A DNA stretch of 57,918 nucleotides from a virus (taxonomy: Duplodnaviria; Caudoviricetes). Location of the stretch: positions 1-57,918 of IMG/VR virus record IMGVR_UViG_3300026907_000064; one strand, written 5' to 3'. The notes under the pieces are model-generated. The model was not told where the DNA came from, ran no database searches, and saw only the letters and a list, made by a program, of their open reading frames with translations. A program made the position numbers and the translations under genes. Below, one piece after another: positions 45,745 to 55,441 of the stretch. Positions within the stretch are counted from its first letter, which is position 1, and the number at the start of each line of letters is the position of its first letter.

Positions 45745-46033
45745 CATTCGCTTAGTATGGTCCGACGGGAAAAAAATTTGGCCAGATTGAAACAAAACCA
45801 GTCAAAACATGAGCAAACTCATACTCTTTCTACGTTTGGCTTTGGCCGTGTGTGCTACGGCGGCGCGTAGGTCCCCTCTCCCAAACACCGCAAATTCGCC
45901 GCGAAGTTAGACCAATTTGGCGCACTGAAAAAGCGGTTCGGGATGCGGCCTCCGACTCATCAGCGCGCGCTGCATCACATGGCAAGGATTTTCCCGAATG
46001 TGGGGACTCAATAAACAGGAGTGTGTGCAAACC

Positions 46034-46651
46034 ATGAAACGAATCACTGCGGCAGCTGCTTTGGTGGGTATCACTGCGATCCTTTCGGGCTGTAAACCCG
46101 ACGCTGAGACCGTAGCGGAACTGCAGTCGCTGCGAAACATCGCCACGGAACAGGGGAAAGCGCTCAGCCGATTTGAGGCCGCGCGTTCTAAATTGACGGC
46201 TGATGTTGAGAAGCTGCAAAGCGAGGTGCTGAGCCTCCAGATCGAAAATGCTCTTAGCAGTGGCGCCGGCAAAACTGCGACTCTTTCTGTGACGGAAAAG
46301 GGCTATAGCGTCGCTCAAATGGACATTGGCAGCGTCACACTCGCGGTCAAGGACGTTGCCCCCTATGCAAACGGCGTCAAGGTCAAACTCAACATCGGCA
46401 ACCCAACGTCAGCAACCTTTCCAGGTTTGAAGCTGAATGTCGTTTGGGCGAACGCGGCGCCGGGCACCAAGAACTACGATCCGAGCACGCGTCAGACGAA
46501 AGAGATCGATATCACGGGCGAGATCAAACCAGGGATGTGGAACACGGAAGAGATCGTGCTCGCGCCGGCCAAACCGGATCAGATCGACTACTTGACCATC
46601 AAACCATCTGCTCCCAGCGTGATCCTTAGAACGCCCGCTGAGCGGAAATAG
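46034..46651 (+). CDS. Lipoprotein (YajI/DUF3251-like), candidate superinfection exclusion
   Basis: LSGC lipobox, coiled coil, V.PYANG.KV.LNIGNP and I.PG.WN motifs, in the immunity region. Confidence 0.75.
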   Translation: MKRITAAAALVGITAILSGCKPDAETVAELQSLRNIATEQGKALSRFEAARSKLTADVEKLQSEVLSLQIENALSSGAGKTATLSVTEKGYSVAQMDIGSVTLAVKDVAPYANGVKVKLNIGNPTSATFPGLKLNVVWANAAPGTKNYDPSTRQTKEIDITGEIKPGMWNTEEIVLAPAKPDQIDYLTIKPSAPSVILRTPAERK

Positions 46652-46661
46652 GAACAAACTA

Positions 46662-46688
46662 GCCCCACCACTGGGGCATATTTTTTTT
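46662..46688 (+). terminator. Terminator after the lipoprotein gene
   Basis: GCCCCA-CCAC-TGGGGC-ATATTTTTTTT. Confidence 0.7.
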
Positions 46689-46694
46689 CCTGAG

Positions 46695-46764
46695 CAACCC
46701 ATTTTCGGGTTGACTGACCCACAAATGGGTTGTAAATTCCTTTCGTCGACCCATTTGTGGGTCA
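46695..46764 (+). promoter_or_regulatory. OL-like operators (x3) and PL-like promoter
   Basis: ACCC-N6-GGGT palindromes at 46695-46712, 46715-46732 and 46747-46764. TTGACT (46710-46715), 17-nt spacer, TAAATT (46733-46738). Confidence 0.85.
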
Positions 46765-46783
46765 TTAATGTCGATAGGAAGCT

Positions 46784-47149
46784 ATGCAAGCCCTCAATTC
46801 GGCACCCACGCCGGCAAGCTACCAAGCCCTGGGCGAAAACAAAGACGCCGCAATCCGCGTAAGCCGGCCCGAACTTACCGACGTCGACATCCTCAGCGTC
46901 CTCTGCGACCTGTTCGCCGGCCGCGCCACCACCGCGTTCGGCGAGGCCTTGGACTGGTGGATCGAAACCCTCCAGTGCGACCTGAGCCCGAAGGCGGCGG
47001 CCGGCGTCGCGCTGTCGGTCATCAGCAAATGGCACTTCGATCAGCGCGACGGCGCCGATGGCGTTCAGCAGCTGCAGGCCGAACTGCTGCAGCGCGCGCG
47101 CCGCCTCCTCGACGAGCAGTCGTTGCGCAACAAGGGAAAGGCCGCTTGA
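46784..47149 (+). CDS. Hypothetical early protein
   Basis: First ORF after PL. AGGA RBS. Confidence 0.7.
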   Translation: MQALNSAPTPASYQALGENKDAAIRVSRPELTDVDILSVLCDLFAGRATTAFGEALDWWIETLQCDLSPKAAAGVALSVISKWHFDQRDGADGVQQLQAELLQRARRLLDEQSLRNKGKAA

Positions 47150-47335
47150 TGGGCTTCCTCATCGTCGGCGCGCTCTCTCTGTACCTCGAAATCCGCGGCT
47201 GGCTCCAGGCGCGCCGCCAGAGGTCACGCAAATGATCACCGCCGCCCTCTTCTTCCTTCCCCTTGCCTTCGTCATGGCCCGCGCCATCGACCTGTTCGCG
47301 GCGCATCGCCGCCGCACCGACCCCTGGAGCGAACA

Positions 47336-47731
47336 ATGAGCGTTTCCCCCCTCCCTTTTTCGGCGCTGCCGGTGACCCTGCAGGTGCCCCAACTGCGCCC
47401 TGGCCAACTGCGCGCCAGCGTGCTGCAGACCCAGATTACCGACCTGGCCGACGCGGCCGACCTGGGTTGGAACGCGGCTGTCGTCGCGATCCAGCAAGAC
47501 CTGGTCGGCAACCGCCTGTACTCCGAGCGTGCCGTCGTCGACGTGCACGAAGCGGCCCAGCGGAGCAGCACATCCCAGGTGGCGCAGCTGATCGACGGCC
47601 TCAGCACGGCGATCGCCGAACTGCAGGGCGCGATCCAGGCCAAGGATCTGGCGGCCGCAAGCACCGCGCACGCGAGCCTTGCCGCAGCCCTCGCCACCTA
47701 TCAGCTGGGTTCGCCCCGGAGCGCCGCATGA
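47336..47731 (+). CDS. Hypothetical early protein
   Basis: Coupled ORF with host-like codon usage. Confidence 0.65.
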   Translation: MSVSPLPFSALPVTLQVPQLRPGQLRASVLQTQITDLADAADLGWNAAVVAIQQDLVGNRLYSERAVVDVHEAAQRSSTSQVAQLIDGLSTAIAELQGAIQAKDLAAASTAHASLAAALATYQLGSPRSAA

Positions 47732-47937
47732 CCGCCGCCACGCTCTGGGTGCTGCTTGCCTTCTTGCCGCCCGGCGAAGACCGCCAGCCCGTCACGGTGA
47801 TCGAGCGTTTCACCACCCAGGCCGAATGCCTCGACGTCCTCGACGTCTTCCCGCTGACAACCCGCGTCACCTTCGACTGCCTGCCGAGCGAGCAGATCCG
47901 CACGGGCGCGGCCACCTTGGAGAACCGCCCGCTATGA
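47728..47937 (+). CDS. Hypothetical 69-aa protein
   Basis: ATGA coupling on both sides. F.TQAEC...C motif. Confidence 0.6.
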   Translation: MTAATLWVLLAFLPPGEDRQPVTVIERFTTQAECLDVLDVFPLTTRVTFDCLPSEQIRTGAATLENRPL

Positions 47938-48269
47938 ACACCCACGACATTCAGCGCGACGCGCTGGATCACATCATGCGCACCGCGCGCGCCAGCTCGT
48001 CGCAGACGCGGCGTCTGCGCTGGATCGCCAGCCGCGCCGAGGCTGCGCTGGATGGCCGGCCTTACGTCGCGTCCGAGCATGACCAGCCCAAGCTTGTGAC
48101 CCAGGCGGCGCTGCAGAAGAGCAATCTGCAGCTGCGCCTGGTCAATACCCGCCTGCGCTCCGCACTGGCGCAAGTGGCCGGAGGCGCCACCGGATATCTG
48201 GACCGCGACACCGAGTTGGCGCAGATCGCCCAGGCCGCGCTCGACGCCGAGCAAGGGAGCCGAGCATGA
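47934..48269 (+). CDS. Hypothetical early protein
   Basis: GGAG RBS, coupled to neighbours. Confidence 0.65.
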   Translation: MNTHDIQRDALDHIMRTARASSSQTRRLRWIASRAEAALDGRPYVASEHDQPKLVTQAALQKSNLQLRLVNTRLRSALAQVAGGATGYLDRDTELAQIAQAALDAEQGSRA

Positions 48270-48550
48270 CGCCGACTCGCAAGCTGATCCGCGCCGACGG
48301 CGCCGAAACCGTGCTGCACGGCCCTCATGCCATCCAGGACGTTTGCCAGATGATCGGCGCCGACGCGCTGGACACCGTGCGCCTCGCCGACCGCGTGCAC
48401 GTGATGCTGGTCGATGACGACGGCATCAGCAAGGGCCTGCCCGTCAACCCCGCCGCGACGCGCCTGTACCAGGACGCCCGCGGCGTGCCCCACCAGATCC
48501 GCGGCGACGTCGTGATCGTGCCGGACTCCGACTATGCGAGGCATGCATGA
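48266..48550 (+). CDS. DUF3846-like phage protein
   Basis: MLVDDDG..KGLPVNP.AT.LY...IRGDVVI. Confidence 0.7.
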   Translation: MTPTRKLIRADGAETVLHGPHAIQDVCQMIGADALDTVRLADRVHVMLVDDDGISKGLPVNPAATRLYQDARGVPHQIRGDVVIVPDSDYARHA

Positions 48551-48849
48551 GCGCCCAGCACACGCCCGGGCCGTGGGTCGTCTCCCTCCGCGGAGCATTC
48601 TTCACCGATGTGCGCGCTGGCGACGCAATCACTGGCCGCCGCATCGCCTGGACCTGGGTTCAGAACCAGCCTCGTACCCGTGAAGGCGCGCTCTGCACCG
48701 CCCAAGAAAATGAGGCCAACGCGCTTCTGATCGCCGCCGCACCCGATCTGCTGGCCGTCGCCGAAGCCGCCCTGTGGGAAGACGACGGTCTGTCCTGCGC
48801 CGACGCACTGCGCGCCGCCATCGCCAAGGCCAAGGGGGAGCAGCCGTGA
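48547..48849 (+). CDS. Hypothetical phage protein (HTPGPW / ANA.LIAAAPDLL family)
   Basis: HTPGPW and EANALLIAAAPDLL...AAIAKAKG motifs. Confidence 0.8.
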   Translation: MSAQHTPGPWVVSLRGAFFTDVRAGDAITGRRIAWTWVQNQPRTREGALCTAQENEANALLIAAAPDLLAVAEAALWEDDGLSCADALRAAIAKAKGEQP

Positions 48850-49034
48850 CCCGTCGTCTCCACATCGTCTGGCGCCGCGCGCGCCGCACCGGCCGCGACC
48901 TGGACCTGGCCGCCTACGCCGCGGTCATCGCGGGCGGAACGCTCTTGCTCGCCGCCTTCACGGGCGTGCTGGGTCCGACGCTCGACGCCCACCAGCCGCA
49001 GCAGGCCAGCGCCGCGCGCCACGCCTCCCGCTGA
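48846..49034 (+). CDS. Small membrane protein
   Basis: GTG start coupled to the previous stop, single TM helix. Confidence 0.55.
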   Translation: MTRRLHIVWRRARRTGRDLDLAAYAAVIAGGTLLLAAFTGVLGPTLDAHQPQQASAARHASR

Positions 49035-49048
49035 CCGGAGCCACCACC

Positions 49049-49852
49049 ATGCAACCCAACATCTTCAAGGTCCGCGCCTCCAGCTGGGGCCGCCTGTTCG
49101 ATTGCGCCCACGCCTGGGAAGGCACGCACATCCTGGGCATGAAGAAGCCCGCCGGCATGCGTGCGCTGCTGGGCACGGCCGTCCACGCCGGCACTGCCGT
49201 CTACGACCAGGCCCGGCTGGACGGCAACCCGTGCACGCCGGACGAAGCCGCTGACGTGCTGGTCGACGAGCTGCACAACCCCGCCTATGAGGTCGATCAC
49301 GCCCAGGATGGACTGACGCTGGCGAAGGCTGAGGCGATCGCGCTGACCGTCCTGGTGAAGTACTGCGCCGATGTCGCCCCGCAGTTCACCTACATCGACG
49401 TGGAAACGGCCCTGGACCCGCTGGACATCGATTGCGGCGGCGGCATGACCGTGCGCCTGACCGGCACCATGGACCGCGCCCGCGTGGCTGAAACCGAGGG
49501 CGGCATCGTCGTACCCGACGTGAAAACCGGCGCCCGCGTCGTCCAGGACGGCAAGGCCGTCACGCAAGGCCGCGCCGCGCAGACCGGCACCTACCAGCTC
49601 ATGTACGAGCACACCAAGAAGGTGCGTACGGTCGGCTCCCAAATCATCGCCCTATCTACCAGCGGCAGCGCGGCCACGGCCGTGAGCCCCATTTTCGACG
49701 CCCGCCGCGTCATGGTCGGCGAGCCCGATCAGCCCGGCCTGCTCGAGCACGCGGCAGCCATGTTCCGCACCGGCCTTTTCCCCCCGAACCCCTCCAGCGT
49801 GCTGTGCAGCCAGAAGTACTGCGCGCGCTGGTCCTCCTGCCTTTTCCGATAA
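49049..49852 (+). CDS. PD-(D/E)XK exonuclease (RecB/Cas4-like)
   Basis: GTAVHA, GTMD, DVKTG and Q...Y motifs, with C-terminal CSQKYC...C. Confidence 0.85.
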   Translation: MQPNIFKVRASSWGRLFDCAHAWEGTHILGMKKPAGMRALLGTAVHAGTAVYDQARLDGNPCTPDEAADVLVDELHNPAYEVDHAQDGLTLAKAEAIALTVLVKYCADVAPQFTYIDVETALDPLDIDCGGGMTVRLTGTMDRARVAETEGGIVVPDVKTGARVVQDGKAVTQGRAAQTGTYQLMYEHTKKVRTVGSQIIALSTSGSAATAVSPIFDARRVMVGEPDQPGLLEHAAAMFRTGLFPPNPSSVLCSQKYCARWSSCLFR

Positions 49853-49867
49853 CCATAGGAGCCCCGC

Positions 49868-50089
49868 ATGTCCCTCCATCCCGTCAGCCGCGACGTGTTC
49901 GTCCGGCGCACCGACCAGGCCGGCAAATCGGTCGTGACCCAGCACCTGGCATGGGATCCGGCCGAATTCCTGGTCAGCCAGGTGAAGCAGTACGACCGCG
50001 ACGCCAAGCCCGCAGAACGCCAGACCGTGGCGATGGCCACGGCCGCCGAATACCGCGCCTACCGCACCCAGCAGAAGAAAGGAAACTGA
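49868..50089 (+). CDS. Hypothetical 73-aa protein
   Basis: AGGAG RBS, between the nuclease and the recombinase. Confidence 0.7.
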   Translation: MSLHPVSRDVFVRRTDQAGKSVVTQHLAWDPAEFLVSQVKQYDRDAKPAERQTVAMATAAEYRAYRTQQKKGN

Positions 50090-50091
50090 CC

Positions 50092-51300
50092 ATGAGCCAA
50101 CCCACCACCGTCCAGAACCTGCGCGCCGCGCCGGAAGCGCAGATGCCCGTCGTGGCGCCCGGATTCGGAAGCCTGCAGGGCTTCGAACTCATGCAACGCG
50201 CCGCACGTCTGCTGTCGAGCAGCACCCTGGTGCCCGTCGCCTATCGCCAGACGATCGAGAAGCTGGACCGGTTCGGCAACGTCAAAGAATCGCGCGAGAA
50301 CCCGAACGCCCTCGCGAACTCCGTGGTCGCGCTCAACATGGCGCAGCGCATGGGCGCCGACCCGCTGATGGTCATGCAGAACCTCTACATCGTCGAGGGC
50401 CGCCCGTCCTGGTCATCGCAGTGGATTATCGCGGCCATCAATGGCTGCGGCCGCTTCTCTCCCCTGCGCTTTCGCATTGAAAGCCGAGGCGAACGCGAGG
50501 TCGAATACAAGTCGACGTATTGGGACAACAACCAGCGGCACACCAAGGTTGAGAAGGTCAAGATCAACGACAAGGTGTGCGTGGCGTGGGCGATCGAGAA
50601 GGAAACCGGCGAGGTGATCGAATCGCCGGCCGTATCGATCGAAATGGCGGTGCTGGAAGGCTGGTACACGAAGAACGGCAGCAAGTGGCAGACCATGGAC
50701 GAAGTCATGCTCCGGTACCGCACTGCGTCGTTCTTCGGCAAGCTCTACGCGCCGGAGCTCCTAATGGGCCTGCAGACGGTCGAAGAGGCCCAGGACATCA
50801 TCGAAGCATCGACGGGTCCGGACGGCACCATCAGCGTGAACGTGGAAGAGCTCCGCGGCAACGCACAGCCCGCGCAACGCCAGCATGCGCCCACGAACGC
50901 GACGGACCTGGAAGCGCGCGAGCCCGCGGCACAAGCGGACACCTCCTCCGCAAAGGCGCAAGCCGAGGCCGGTAGCCCGGCGCAGGGCGCGGCAACGGCC
51001 GCCCCTGCCTCGCAGACGGAGCCGGCCGGCGCCCCGCAGCCCCAGCAGACTGGTGCCGGAGCAGAGGACGCTGGCCTGGATCCCGCCGCGGTTGAACACC
51101 AGATCGTCAATGCCAAGACCCTGGACGTGCTGGACCTGGCCAGCGACTCCATCGACGGTGTCGACGACCTGGGCGAACGCGCACGGCTCCTCGAGCTGTA
51201 CCAGGCCCGCCGCCTGTCCATGACGGCGCAGCAGCAGCAGCAGCAGCAGCAGCAGCGCCCCTCGGGCCGCCCTGCTCGCCGCATGGCCGCGCCCGAGTAA
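50092..51300 (+). CDS. Probable single-strand annealing protein (RecT/Red-beta-like)
   Basis: PL.VMQNLYIV.GRPSWSSQ..IA and W......MLRYR..SFF...YAPE.L.G motifs, following the exonuclease. Disordered C-terminus. Confidence 0.6.
   Translation: MSQPTTVQNLRAAPEAQMPVVAPGFGSLQGFELMQRAARLLSSSTLVPVAYRQTIEKLDRFGNVKESRENPNALANSVVALNMAQRMGADPLMVMQNLYIVEGRPSWSSQWIIAAINGCGRFSPLRFRIESRGEREVEYKSTYWDNNQRHTKVEKVKINDKVCVAWAIEKETGEVIESPAVSIEMAVLEGWYTKNGSKWQTMDEVMLRYRTASFFGKLYAPELLMGLQTVEEAQDIIEASTGPDGTISVNVEELRGNAQPAQRQHAPTNATDLEAREPAAQADTSSAKAQAEAGSPAQGAATAAPASQTEPAGAPQPQQTGAGAEDAGLDPAAVEHQIVNAKTLDVLDLASDSIDGVDDLGERARLLELYQARRLSMTAQQQQQQQQQRPSGRPARRMAAPE
51229..51255 (+). repeat. (CAG)9 microsatellite encoding polyQ
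   Basis: Nine perfect CAG units in frame. Confidence 0.95.
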
Positions 51301-51316
51301 GGCATAGGGGACCGAC

Positions 51317-52477
51317 ATGGTTTTTTTCCGCAACCTCTCGGTCTACTGCCTGCCCGCCGGGTGGGTGGTGACCCTCGAGCAGCTGACAAGCATGCTGGAG
51401 CGCTTCCCGTTCGTGCCCACCACGGACCTGGAAGCCGAGTCCACCGGCTGGGCCCCGGTCCATGAGGGGTATGGCTTGGTGCATGCTGTGCAGGGCCACC
51501 TGCTGCTACGAATGCGCAAGGAATCGCGCGTGATGCCCGCCAAGGCGATTGAGCTGCAGGTGCACGAAGTCGCTGCGAAGGTCGAGCAATCCCAAGGGTT
51601 CAAATCCGGCAAGAAGCAGCGCAAGGAAATCCGTGACCAGGTCATCACCCAGATGCTGCCTGCTGCCTTCCGGCAGCAGGATGACGTGCTGGTGTGGATC
51701 GACACGCACGCGGGCCGCCTGGCCATCGACAGCGCCGCGAGCGGTCCGCGCGACACCGCCATCAGCCTGCTGTGCAAGAGCATCGACCACTTCGTCCTGG
51801 AGCGCCTGACCGTCAACACCGCGGCGGCCGGTGCCATGACGGGCTGGGTGGCCGACGACGAAGCGCCGGACGGTTTCACCATCGACACCACGGCGGAGCT
51901 GCGCGCCACGGGCGCAGGCGCTGGCGCTGTCCAGTACGTGAACCGCCCGCTGGAGCCCGACGAGATCCGCCGCCACCTCCAAAGCGGAATGCAATGCACG
52001 CGTTTGGGCCTCACCTGGGACGACAAGGTTTCCTTCGTGCTGGATGACGAGCTGGTCCTAAAGCGCGTCATGCCCTGCGAGGCGTTGCACAAGGACGTGG
52101 AGCGCGTGGCCAAGAACGACGCCGAGACATTCGAAGCGGATTTCTACCTGATGGCCAGCACGCTGCGCCCTTTGATCGCCGACCTGGTCGACGTCCTGGG
52201 CGGCGAACGCGTGGACGATCGCCAGGCCGATATGTTCCGCCCGGCCACCGGCCCTGCGCTCGCCGCCGCCGAGGGCGGCGATCACCTCGTCGACCCGCTA
52301 CTGACCGACGCCCGCCGCGTCGTGCTCGAGTACCGCCGCCCCTCAATTTCCGTCATCCAACGCCATTTGCGCATTGGCTACAACCGCGCCGCGTCGCTCC
52401 TTGAATCCCTGGAGCAATTCGGCTTGGTCACTGCCATGCGCCCCGATGGCACCCGCGAAGTGGTTTACCCCCTTTAA
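51317..52477 (+). CDS. rdgC: RdgC-family protein fused to a C-terminal FtsK-gamma domain
   Basis: FFRNL.VY, GW.P and L.LTW.D..SFVL...L.LKR (RdgC). DPL...A...V......SIS.IQRHLRIGYNRAA.LLE.LE..G.V (FtsK gamma). Confidence 0.88.
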   Translation: MVFFRNLSVYCLPAGWVVTLEQLTSMLERFPFVPTTDLEAESTGWAPVHEGYGLVHAVQGHLLLRMRKESRVMPAKAIELQVHEVAAKVEQSQGFKSGKKQRKEIRDQVITQMLPAAFRQQDDVLVWIDTHAGRLAIDSAASGPRDTAISLLCKSIDHFVLERLTVNTAAAGAMTGWVADDEAPDGFTIDTTAELRATGAGAGAVQYVNRPLEPDEIRRHLQSGMQCTRLGLTWDDKVSFVLDDELVLKRVMPCEALHKDVERVAKNDAETFEADFYLMASTLRPLIADLVDVLGGERVDDRQADMFRPATGPALAAAEGGDHLVDPLLTDARRVVLEYRRPSISVIQRHLRIGYNRAASLLESLEQFGLVTAMRPDGTREVVYPL

Positions 52478-52486
52478 GGAGCAGTC

Positions 52487-54313
52487 ATGCGAATCAACCG
52501 TATCACCATCGAGAACTTCCAGGGCGTGCGCGCCGTGGATCTGGACCTGCGCACGCCGGTGGCGCTCATCGCTGGCGCGAACGGCGCCGGCAAGTCCAGC
52601 GTCGCCGAGGCGGTACGCCTGGCAATGCTGGGATCGCCGGAGCGCGTCGGCCTAAAAAAGGAGTACGGCGCTCTGGTCACTGACGGCGCCAAGGGCGGCG
52701 CGATCGTACTGGACTTGGCCGAGGGCTCTGTCGGCATCAGCCTGCCCAAGGGCACGCAGTCGGGCGAAGGTCTGGTGCCGCAATCCAGCGCCCTGCCCTT
52801 TGTTCTGGATCCCCAGCGATTCGCCGCGGCCAAGCCTGATGATCGCCGCACCTTGCTGTTCGCCCTGACAGGCACGAAGGTCAAGCCGGATGACATCGAG
52901 CGCCGCCTGCTGGAACGCGGTTGCAACGCCGTGCTGGTGACGCAGATCAAGCCGATCCTGCGCAGCGGGTTCGCCGCCGGAGCCGACCACGCCAAGCAGG
53001 AGGCCACGCAGGCCAAAGGATCCTGGAAGGCTACGACCGGCGAACAGTGGGGCAGCCAAAAATCGGAAGGCTGGGCCGCGGATATCCCGCCGTTCGACCA
53101 GGCCGCCCTGGCGGGCGAGCGCACTGCGCTGGCCGGCGTCGACGCCAAGCTGGAGCAGAACACCAAGGCGCTGGGCGCGCTGGAGCAAAAGGCAGCCGCC
53201 TACGCGGCCGCCCGCGACCAGGTCGCGGCCCGCCAAGCCAAGGCCGCCCAGCTGCCTGCGCTGCGCAAGAAACTGGAGTTCGACCAAGGGGAGCACACCA
53301 AGCTGGCCGAGAGCGTCGCCGCGCTGCAAGCGAAGGCGGGAACTGGCCCACGCCAAGGTGTGGTGCACAACCTGGCCGTCAGCCTATCAGCCTTGATGGA
53401 CATTCGGAACGACAGCGAGGGAGTGGCCGGCTATCACCGGAACGGAGAAATTGCTGATTGGGCCGAGTTCGACGACGAACTGAACGCGGCCCAAGGCTCC
53501 CTAACAGCCTACGAGAACCAGTACGGGAAACTTGACGCCGCCGGCGACGCCGAGGCGTCCGCCGCGCTGCCCAAGGAGATCGAAAGCCGCGATCTGATGG
53601 CGCGCAGTATCGAGAACGATCGTCGCGACATCGCTGCTGCCGAAGCGGCAGCAGCCCAGCTGCAGGATGAGGCCGCACCGGTGGAAATCCAACCCACCGA
53701 CGTCGAAGCGGCCCGCGCCAAGGTGACCGCGCTGCGCGCCGAGCGCAAGGCAATCGATGATCGTGTGCAGATCATGCTGAACGCCAAGCAGGCGGCGACC
53801 AGCGCCACGGAGCGCACGTCGAACGCGGCCCGCTATCACACAGAAATCACCGACTGGCTGGCGATCGGCGACGCGCTGTCGCCCGACGGCATCCCGGGGG
53901 AGATCCTGGCCGAGGCCCTGCAGCCGGTCAACGACAAGTTGACCGGCCTGGCCGAGCTGGCGAACTGGCGCGCCCCGGCCATCGACGCCGACATGGGAAT
54001 CACCTGGGGCGGCCGCGCCTACCGCCTGCTGTCGGAGTCCGAACGTTGGCGCGTGGACGCGCTGATCGGCGCCGCCCTGGCCGAAATCTCCCGCCTGCGC
54101 TTGCTGGTCCTGGACCGCTTCGACTGCCTGGACATGGCCGGCCGCGCCGACGCGCTGGGGCTGGTCGATGCGCTGGCCGCCGACGGCCACATGGACACCA
54201 TCCTGGTGCTGGGCACGCTCAAGGCTGCACCGGCTGCCCCCTCTGACGCCTTCACCACCTTCTGGATCGAAAACGGCACCACCGAGCAGCCGCAGCTGCG
54301 TGCCGCCGCCTAA
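52487..54313 (+). CDS. Rad50/SbcC-like coiled-coil ABC ATPase
   Basis: GANGAGKSS Walker A, long coiled coil, LSESE signature variant and LLVLDRFD Walker B. Confidence 0.85.
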   Translation: MRINRITIENFQGVRAVDLDLRTPVALIAGANGAGKSSVAEAVRLAMLGSPERVGLKKEYGALVTDGAKGGAIVLDLAEGSVGISLPKGTQSGEGLVPQSSALPFVLDPQRFAAAKPDDRRTLLFALTGTKVKPDDIERRLLERGCNAVLVTQIKPILRSGFAAGADHAKQEATQAKGSWKATTGEQWGSQKSEGWAADIPPFDQAALAGERTALAGVDAKLEQNTKALGALEQKAAAYAAARDQVAARQAKAAQLPALRKKLEFDQGEHTKLAESVAALQAKAGTGPRQGVVHNLAVSLSALMDIRNDSEGVAGYHRNGEIADWAEFDDELNAAQGSLTAYENQYGKLDAAGDAEASAALPKEIESRDLMARSIENDRRDIAAAEAAAAQLQDEAAPVEIQPTDVEAARAKVTALRAERKAIDDRVQIMLNAKQAATSATERTSNAARYHTEITDWLAIGDALSPDGIPGEILAEALQPVNDKLTGLAELANWRAPAIDADMGITWGGRAYRLLSESERWRVDALIGAALAEISRLRLLVLDRFDCLDMAGRADALGLVDALAADGHMDTILVLGTLKAAPAAPSDAFTTFWIENGTTEQPQLRAAA

Positions 54314-54329
54314 AAAAGAGAGCCCCGAC

Positions 54330-54944
54330 ATGAAAAACCTGAAACTGTTCTTCGATACCGAAACCACCGGCTTGCCACTCTTCAAGGAGCCGTCCGAACA
54401 CCCTGACCAACCGCACATTGTCCAGCTGGCCGCGGCGCTGGTGGACATGGACACCCGCGAGGAAATCGCCAGCATGGACGTCATCGTCCGCCCGGACGGC
54501 TGGATCATTCCGGACGAGGTTGCCGCAGTCCATGGCATCACCACGGAACACGCCGCAGCCGTTGGCGTGCCTGAGTCGCTGGCCCTGTCGATGTTCCTGG
54601 AATTGTGGGCCGGGCGCCCGCGCATCGCCCACAACGAACAATTCGACGCCCGGATCATCCGCATTGCCCAGCACCGCGCCGGCGAACTTGAGCAGGACCT
54701 GGTGCGCTGGAAGGACGGAGCCACGGAGTGCACCGCGCGCCTGGCCACACCTATCGTCAAGTGCCCGCCCACCGCCAAGATGCTTGCGGCCGGCCGCACG
54801 CACTACAAGACGGCCAACCTGGCCGAGGCCGTGCAGTTCTTCACCGGTAAGCCTCTGGAGAACGCACACAGCGCCATGGCCGACGTGCGCGGCTGCATGG
54901 CCGTCTATTTCGGCATCCAAGACATGCAACCGGTGGAGGCCTGA
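54330..54944 (+). CDS. DEDDh 3'-5' exonuclease
   Basis: FFDTETTG, AHNEQFD and AHSAMADV. Confidence 0.92.
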   Translation: MKNLKLFFDTETTGLPLFKEPSEHPDQPHIVQLAAALVDMDTREEIASMDVIVRPDGWIIPDEVAAVHGITTEHAAAVGVPESLALSMFLELWAGRPRIAHNEQFDARIIRIAQHRAGELEQDLVRWKDGATECTARLATPIVKCPPTAKMLAAGRTHYKTANLAEAVQFFTGKPLENAHSAMADVRGCMAVYFGIQDMQPVEA

Positions 54945-54946
54945 CC

Positions 54947-55441
54947 ATGCACCCGTACTTGAACCGAAAGGACCGGCGGCAGGCAGCGCGACTGGAAGGC
55001 CGCCGCGCGCGATCGCCGCGCCACGCATTCCGCCCCAAGGCGTCGCCCATGTTGGTCGGCGCGGAGATTGTCATGCGCCCGCTTGAGCAGCTTTTCGACG
55101 AGCTGGAGCGGACAGGTGCCGTCTCCGTCAACGCTCGCGGCTTCCCGCAGTTCCTGGCCTGCGACGGCCATTGGTACGAGGCTGCGCCGGCGATCGAGGG
55201 CCTTATCTGGCACTTTGAAATGTGGTCCACCCGGCACGGCAAGGAATTGCCGCTGCAGCCCCTGCGCGACCTGCACGTCGCCCTGCACTACCTGGTCCCG
55301 ATCCAGGAACAGACCGTCCACGCCTTGCGCGACGCGCTGCCCGTGCTTCGCCGCGTGATGGCGCTTGGGCAGCCTGACGACCAGATCGACCTGCTGCAGC
55401 AGACGCGCATCAAAGCTGCCATGGAGGGCCCCCGCGTATGA
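54947..55441 (+). CDS. Hypothetical phage protein
   Basis: GGAGG RBS and host-like codon usage. Confidence 0.7.
   Translation: MHPYLNRKDRRQAARLEGRRARSPRHAFRPKASPMLVGAEIVMRPLEQLFDELERTGAVSVNARGFPQFLACDGHWYEAAPAIEGLIWHFEMWSTRHGKELPLQPLRDLHVALHYLVPIQEQTVHALRDALPVLRRVMALGQPDDQIDLLQQTRIKAAMEGPRV

Noticed and set aside
42746-49852. CRISPR-Cas locus suggested by the Cas2-like and Cas4-like genes
   Set aside because: No repeat-spacer array or cas1. The PD-(D/E)XK nuclease sits in a normal phage recombination module.
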